The position numbers and the translations under genes are program-made. From positions 12,150,006 through 12,214,005 of the forward strand of contig NC_083448.1 in NCBI RefSeq assembly GCF_020745735.1: a stretch of 64,000 nucleotides of DNA, written 5' to 3'. This DNA comes from Hemiscyllium ocellatum (Eukaryota). Below, one piece after another: positions 56,958 through 64,000 of the stretch (positions within the stretch are counted from its first letter, which is position 1; each line of letters begins with the position of its first letter). Below the pieces are notes generated by a model. That model saw only the letters and a program-made list of their open reading frames with translations. It was not told the origin of the DNA and did not search any database.

Positions 56958-59900
56958 TATGTTTGACATGACAACGCTGTATGCCTGGAGTTCAGGAAGT
57001 AAGGTAGGGGGATGAACAGTGGGTTGGGCGGAAATCTGAGGAACATCAAAGCCAATGGCATTGACAGGGAGGAAAAAGGTAGAAGGAAACATGAAGATTT
57101 GGAGGTCTCCTTGACTGAGATGCAGAGCCTGTGACTCCCCTGAAGCACAACCTCTGCTTCCTTCCACCCTCATCCATATGACAGGTAAGTGAAAACGAGT
57201 GCCACCACAAACCAAGTGAGAGCAGAAAATGTTTCATTCTCTAAGGAAGGGGAATCCATTTTTGTGCAATGTATGGCCCTTCAAAGAACAATAGCATTAA
57301 ACATACACCTGCACAGTCTGTGTGAATGACATCCATTATCACAAATGATGTACATTTACTGATAATGTCAATGAAAAGTCCTGACCGAAGCACTTTTGAC
57401 CACATCACTGAACATGATGAATCTATCCTACTAATGGTAATGAGGCACAAGAAATGTCTTGTGGCCTGAAAGATTCACCCTCATTGCCAAACTAGCAATC
57501 ACTTTCCAAGGTCATATTGTCTGCACAAATTGTAGGACAGGCTCACTGCGCAACTTGGGCCTTCAAACGTCCATCCCATTATCCTCCATACGTCGCTGTC
57601 TTTCTTCATCATTGCTGCCACATGCACAGTCTGCTTCTCTATGTGTGCCAACAGAGTTGAACAACAGACATTTGGATCAGAGCAATGATCTGCAACATCC
57701 ATGCAGAGGAATCTCAAGGGCCTACTTGACAGGGAGTCACCATGTCCCAGTATTTTGAGGAGACATTTTGAATGTGATTCATGTGTGCAACTGAATGCTA
57801 AATGGTCATTCGGTTGAGGAGATCCACAGTTCCCGGTGTTGTCCACACAGTTCCCAATGGATCCAGCCACCAAAGTGATCCCTGATGCCACTGCACTAAG
57901 AATTGCTGCACAAACAGCTGAAAAACACATGTATCCATCAGCCCAGGACCAGCATGAATCTTCAGCAGGTATGCAGCCCAACCCTACTGGATGATAATTA
58001 TCAACTGATAAACAGGAGGGTTTTTTTGTGCCAAGAAAGGAATTGTGCTGTGATACATGTACTGCGTTCTTGTACATAACGATATGAAGGCTGCAATTTG
58101 CAAGATCTCTCTTTGGTATGTTAAAGATTGGCAGCATAAAATGAAGGATGAGTACCAGATTTTAGAGAGATCAGAATAAAAGGCCAAAGCTGGAACCATG
58201 GAATTATAAACGTAAAAATCTTCAGGAGTTTATGGGAGAAAGTGAGATCTTGAGCTTAAGATGGCAGCCTATTTCTTTCATCTTATTGCCAACTTTCCTC
58301 CTTTATCCTTGCTGGGTTATCTGATGTATGCTGGAGTCTTGTTTTGCTTTTCCTCATCAAAATGTTGCTGCAGTCAATCAAAGGCAAAAGGAAGGGAGAA
58401 GAGGAAGAGGGGGGTGAGAAATAATAGCAGCCCCATAGTTAGAGGAAACTCAGTCTCAGTGGAAAAACAGACTGAAAAAATTTGTAAAAAGATCAAGATG
58501 ACTGGATAATGAGATAAACAGTACAGTGGAATCAGCAATCACATCAGATGCTTCATCTTGAATTCCCTGCACTGGGAATATTTAGTGACATTAAGTTATC
58601 CAACAGAACATGAGGTTGATGGTGCTTTTAAAGATAGCCAAGGTAATGATTATTGGACACTGGGCAACACCACAGTTAATAACTAACAGATGATCCCCAG
58701 CAATAACCAAGGGCAAGCGATTATGGTTTTCAGTCTTTTGTCAGCTTTCCCAGAACAGACCTTTGCTTGATTTTAAATGTGACGTGAAATAATTTGTCTG
58801 CACCCTGACAGACCCTGTTTGAATTCTTATTATGAATCAAAATTATAACATTCTCAGTAGCCTTGTCATGTGACATGCAGCTTTTCCTTGCTCTGTCTTC
58901 TTCAATGGTTATCTTCTGCAAAACATAAACTTGTCGCGATAAATTTGAAGTTTTCAACAATTGCCTCTTCCAGATGCTGCATCCCTTAATGGAGCAAATA
59001 CAGGAAAACAAACTGCATTGGTTTGAACAGAGATTATCTTGAGCAAACAAATCACAGTAATGTTAAACTCTCCTTGTTCTTTACAAATCAAATGAAAATA
59101 TTTGATTCATTTCCTCCTACATGACGCAGGGAACCACGGTTTTGTAGGCTATATTTTGTTTGGGATCCTTTGTTATGTTCTCCTCATAAAATCATTTCTT
59201 TATATTAGTCTGAACTGAAACTGTGCAGACCAAACGAGAACGACAGCAGTCTGCGAATTCAAGGGCCACAGGACATTGTGGAGAAGGTAAGTGGAACATT
59301 GCTAAATGATGCAAATTCTGAAATAAAATACAAGTGTCTGACAAATTTAGAGATGGTGACGACTGTAAGGTCAGTTTTAGATTTAGCCTACTCATGATGA
59401 GGAAGAATAAAGGGACAGTTAACAGAGGTGTTAAAAATGACAAATGAGATTAGATAGATAAAAAGTTTTCATCACCAGGAACATATCAGATGGATTTAAT
59501 ATAATTGTCAAAATAATGATGGGAAAAATGGAGAAAGTATTGATAGTTTGATATTATGTGGAATGCACTGTCTGAAAGAGTGATGAAAGCCAATTTGAAG
59601 AGCTCTGAGAATTGGCCACAAAGAGTCAATTCAGCCAGATTCTCCGAGCTCACAGCTCACATAGGTCATGAATCACTTGTCTTCGCATGCAGCAAGCCGG
59701 GGCTAGGCAGAACATTCAGCTCCAAATTATTGTAACATCGCAGTGTTTGCCTGGCTTAACTGTTTCTGCTCTTGCCTGAGTCATAATGCATTAACTCCAG
59801 ACTCTTCTCACCACTATGATGCTCCTATCAATATCGATTGTTTATGGAAAATAGCACCATGAAAATTACACAACAAGAAGAGACTGACTCTGACTATGCT

Positions 59901-60171
59901 GATGCAGATCAAAATAAAGCAGTTCAAGAATTATTGATGGAATGCCGACCTGAGTCCCATCCAAAATGTAACTGTACACAGGTTTCTGTCAAGTGTGGGG
60001 ATGTGCCAACCTCAGCTTGGAATGAATAGTTCTGTTTAGATTTGTCTCAATACACATAGTTATCTTGTGGCAATTCATTCTGTGAGCTCGGCACTGTGGT
60101 TGGGGTAACATGCATCTGATGATCAATGTGCCGCGTTGTTTCAGGTTGACAACAACTCACCTGGGATCAAG

Positions 60172-60298
60172 ATGGTGCCATGGGGCAAGGAATGCAGAGG
60201 ATGGCAATGGCTGAAAAAGGGAAGGCAGTCCAGGACAATGGTGCTTGTTATTGTTTATATTGCACTTTTTCTGGACTATACCCTACTAACTGTTATTG
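60172..60298 (+). CDS. SLC18A1: SLC18A1 first coding exon (acceptor at 60145, aagATGG at 60172, TM1)
   Basis: 127 bp coding, phase-1 donor G/gtaag. Confidence 0.88.
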
Positions 60299-63200
60299 GT
60301 AAGTTCAGGTCTAATATTATTTGTGGACAATTGATTAAAAAATATAATTCTGGTCATCAGTAGAAGATAACAATATTGAAGGGCAGAGGCTGCAAGAGAG
60401 TCAGAGGCTTGAATTTCTCATGCACTGAGGGACCATGCCTCTTATTTACTGAGGGATCATGTTTCTCACATGATGAAGGGTCAGATTTCTCACTCATTGA
60501 TTGATACAATTTCTCACACACTGTTGGACTATTTACGTTATACATTCACAATATAAATGAAGGAACTGAGAGCATCGTTGATTAATTTGCAAATGAATGG
60601 AGGGACAAGAAGTGTTGAGGACACACAAAGACTGCAGAAGGACTTGGACAGGCTAGGAGAATAGGGAAAGAAGTGGCAGATGGAATATAATGTGGGGAAG
60701 TATTAGGTTATGCACTTTGGTCAGAAGAATAAAGGCATGAACTGTTTTCTAAACAGGAAAAGGCTTTGCAAATCTGAAGCGCAAAGTGACTTGGGATTCC
60801 TAGTTAAGGATTCTCTTAACATTAAGGTTCAGTTGTCAGTCAGGAAAGCAAATGCAATGTTAGCATTAATTTCAAGAGGATTCAGATACAGAAACAGGGA
60901 AATCCTGCTGACAATGTATCAGGCTCTGGTCAGACAGTGTTTGGAATACTGAGAATCGTTTAGGGCCCTTATCTGAGGAAAGATGTGTTGGCATTGGAGG
61001 GTATGTTTACAGAAATGATCCCAGGGAATAAAGGTTTGTCATATGAGGAGTGATTAATGATGCTAGGTCTGTGTAGAATGATGAGAGGGGATCTGATTGA
61101 AATTTACAGAATACTGAGAAGCCTGGAAGAGTGAACATGGAGAAGATGTTTTCACTCATACGAAAGAGTAGGACCCTAGGGCATAGCCTCAGAGTTAAGG
61201 GACAACCCTTTAAAACTGAGATAAGGTGGAATTTCTTCAGCAAGAAGATAGTGAATCTGTGGAACTTAATACTGCAGAAGCTGTGGAGGCCAAGTCATGG
61301 CTTCCATCAGGCAGAGATAGATAGATTCTTCATGAGTAATGGGATCAAGGGTTATGGGGAGAAGCCATGAGTATAGGATTGAAAAACATATCAGCCATGA
61401 TCAAATAGCAGACATGATTCGATGGGCTGAATGGTCAAATTCTGCTCGTACCGAATGGTGTTATGTGCTGAGATTTTCACAAGCTTTATCCAGCTCATTA
61501 CAGCAGTGACTGATAAACTGTTCTCCTTCCTCCTCATCTATTTGTATTTGCCACTCTCTCCACACTCCCAGCCAAGAGACCAGCTGGGCAATATGATCTC
61601 AAGCCTTACACAGTATCTGTTCTGAGCCACTAAGGGAAGGTCCAGGTTGAGTTACTTGCCAGTTTTTTCTCAAACAATATTCCTTTGCTTTGTCTCGGTA
61701 TCTGTTTGATCAACTTGCACGTCAGCTTCCAGAAGAAACAATGTGGGAAATTAACTTTGCAACCCATAGTCTCTGACTGTAATCAGAACAGCATTTTACG
61801 TTTTTGGGCTAATTCCCAAATTGTAATCCTGAATATGTAAAAATGTGCACTTTGATTTTTATCATTGTATCTGCAAACATCATCTATGTTGTCAGAAAGA
61901 GCCATTGCCCTTTGTACTGGAGGCTTCCGAGAGCTGAACCATTGTCACAGAAGCAGTTGTTTCATTTTCTGATGGCTCCAAAGCAGGAGATTAAAGTGCA
62001 CCACATTTCAGCTGAGGGAATTATAATCTTCACTCAGTATGGATTGAATGTTCTTTCTGTTTCAGTACCCATCATCCCTAATTTCTTATATGAAAAACAG
62101 AACTCAGAAATGAATAGGTCAGCATCATCAGAGCAGCCACCAGCTCTGTCCTCCACACTCTCCCCTGGCCTCTCAGATTCCAGTGGTGGCCAGGTTACAA
62201 TTGAGAATACTGCAGCAGCTGACAGTCAGAGTCAAGGATTGAAATGGAGAAACATGACTGGAGCTGCCATCCCAAGCCTGAAGACAGGAACTGGAGGAGC
62301 CCACTGCAGTCGGAACAAATCATTCTTAGAAGAGGAAAACGTTCGTGTTGGCTTGTTATTAGCTTCGAAAGCAATTGTGCAGCTCATTGTGAATCCATTA
62401 ATTGGCCCTCTGACCAACAGGTGAGTGAGGAAGCCTTCACACCAGGAGGCAATTGAATCTGGGTAATGTACTTGGCACCTCACTGCATGGACCAAGAGTA
62501 TACCATGCTGTGCAAGGTGCCTGAGTGTGCAAGACCATGGACCTTCCAGCTTGGTCTTCAGCTCTCATTTATCCACACAGCAGATCATTGACCTAAAGTG
62601 ACAAAGAATCTGTGACTGATTCTCTCGCCAACCAAGATAAGACAAACAGAGCAGAAGGTTGGGGGAGCATCGTGTTTGCCTTTCAACTGAGGCCATGGTG
62701 CCCACAGTCGAGAGACTTGGCAGGGATTTAACTATTTCCTTTTCACATTTCCTGCCATTGTTACAACTGAGAATTTCCAGTGGAGTTGTTGTACCCAAGC
62801 TGTCTGAACTACTGAATAGAGCTTTCAACTGGGGAGTTCTGAGCTATTTGTGTAAGACTGCACGTTGTATTCCCCATTTCTCTTGACTGCAGGTAGCACC
62901 TTAAATCTGGCTGTCCGAAAACAGAGTTTTCCAAAAATCATATCCTGCTTTTATGCTCCCTGAATCAAACTTAATTGCGTAACTTTTGAACAAAAAACTA
63001 TGTTGAGCAATTCAACTCGATGTGGCTCCCAGATGAGTTATTGGCTTCGTGTGCTGATCTGTCCTGTATAACCTTTGACCCCACCCAACCAAGCTTGACC
63101 TGAATTGCCCATTTCTTGAACCGCCCAAGCCCAAAACCAGCAGTATCTGAAATCGGGCATAGCCTCATTCCTTAGGTTGCTGGTATGGAGACACTTGACC

Positions 63201-64000
63201 TGCAATTCTCGAGTAAAAGAGAAACAAGGTTCGTAGTACAGGTACACAATCCTTTATCCAAAACGCTTGGGGCCAGCTGGCTTGCGGAATTCGGAATTTT
63301 TTGAATTTCAGAATAAGTGATACTTCAATGGTGAAATTTTGAAAAAACTCTTACCGGTCAGCAGACTCACTGTGAGTAACAGGCCCTGTGACAGAATTGA
63401 GGCCTACCAGTGCTGGGCCACGCCCATCCATGTCGCATCTGAGTGATACGCATCGAGTGGGTGTGGAGTTGGGTTAACTGTTTGCACGCCAAACAACCTT
63501 GTTAATGAGATAAAAACTTCACAAAAAAAAACCTTTGGATTTTGGAGCTTTTCGGATTTCGGCAGTTTGGATAAAGGGTTGTCTATCTGTACTTAAAACT
63601 TCTCTCAAACTGAAATAAACAGCATAACATCTTAATTCTGCTGCAATCTTGAGGAATAGGTAAGCTCAACAGCATTAATCTGAAAGTGGAATCATTTTAT
63701 TCTCCTTTCCAAGTGACAACTTCAGAATTTGAATCTGAAATTAAAAGTCTTCCGCTTCTAAACAAGCTGATCAGTTTGTCCAGTCAAGACTCTGAAAACT
63801 CTACTTTTAATACATGACATTGAAATGCTTAACTTTGCCCGAATACAAAGAATACAACGTAATACATTGAGATCATTTCCCTGCAAGGAGCATGGGAATT
63901 TTCAGTTAAAGTAGCTCCTGGGTAATATATCTTTTTTCATTCTCTGCATCAATTTTATTTTCTTTCTTTCAGGATTGGATATCACCTTCCTATGTTCACT
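60172..64000 (+). CDS. SLC18A1: Vesicular monoamine transporter 1, 5' part: join(60172-60298,62066-62420,63973->64000)
   Basis: MVPWGKECRGWQWLKKGRQSRTMVLVIVYIALFLDYTLLTVI/VPIIPNFLY...FLEEENVRVGLLLASKAIVQLIVNPLIGPLTNR/IGYHLPMFT. RIGYH and FLEEE are VMAT1-like, and the gene is divergent from ATP6V1B2. Confidence 0.9.
60545..61462 (+). mobile_element. CR1 LINE 3' part in an SLC18A1 intron
   Basis: KFAN.., KWQMEYNVGK, VMHFGQKNK, YQALVRQCLEY, RTLGHSLRVKG. Confidence 0.85.
62066..62420 (+). CDS. SLC18A1: SLC18A1 second coding exon (glycosylated luminal loop and TM2)
   Basis: ttcag/ 355 bp /gtgagt; N-glycosylation sequons NRS, NMT, NKS. Confidence 0.93.
63239..63589. mobile_element. Tc1/mariner (Tigger-like) MITE
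   Basis: 24-bp TIRs CAGGTACACAATCCTTTATCCAAA / CAGATAGACAACCCTTTATCCAAA (3 mismatches); TA target duplication. Confidence 0.85.
63973..64000 (+). CDS. SLC18A1: SLC18A1 third coding exon (truncated by window edge)
   Basis: Polypyrimidine tract + cag/(R)IGYHLPMFT. Confidence 0.88.

Noticed and set aside
57499-58137. 212-aa minus-strand ORF
   Set aside because: No recognisable domain or splice structure; overlaps degraded retroelement-like sequence.
61843-62424. 193-aa ORF as a stand-alone gene
   Set aside because: Only 62066-62420 is an SLC18A1 exon; the upstream part is open intron before a clear acceptor.

Overview
Eukaryotic genomic DNA, almost certainly from a cartilaginous fish (shark-type HE1 SINEs, HER1/CR1 LINEs, Deu-domain SINEs and abundant Penelope-like elements). 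It holds three spliced protein-coding genes. (1) The 5' half of glucokinase GCK on the - strand: neuroendocrine-type exon 1 at 21036-20992 plus exons 2-5, running off the left edge. (2) A complete 14-exon V-ATPase subunit B2 gene, ATP6V1B2, on the - strand (48978-26765, 506 aa). (3) The 5' part of vesicular monoamine transporter SLC18A1/VMAT1 on the + strand, divergent from ATP6V1B2 and running off the right edge. Introns and spacers are packed with Tx1, Rex/Babar, CR1 and RTE LINEs, SINEs, a solo LTR and Tc1/mariner-type MITEs. The most striking non-genic signal is a set of several distinct Penelope-derived elements carrying minimal (dimer-type) hammerhead ribozyme motifs. They are repeatedly built as inverted or palindromic units with 9-13 bp target-site duplications, and in one family the junctions cluster at the ribozyme core. 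Other notable points: the GCK-ATP6V1B2-SLC18A1 adjacency, an RFX X-box at the GCK upstream promoter, a perfect CLEAR palindrome just past the ATP6V1B2 stop, and substitutions at functional positions in VMAT1 and GCK. Family assignments are by recognition only; no searches were run. Most ORFs in the supplied track are spurious or transposon-derived.
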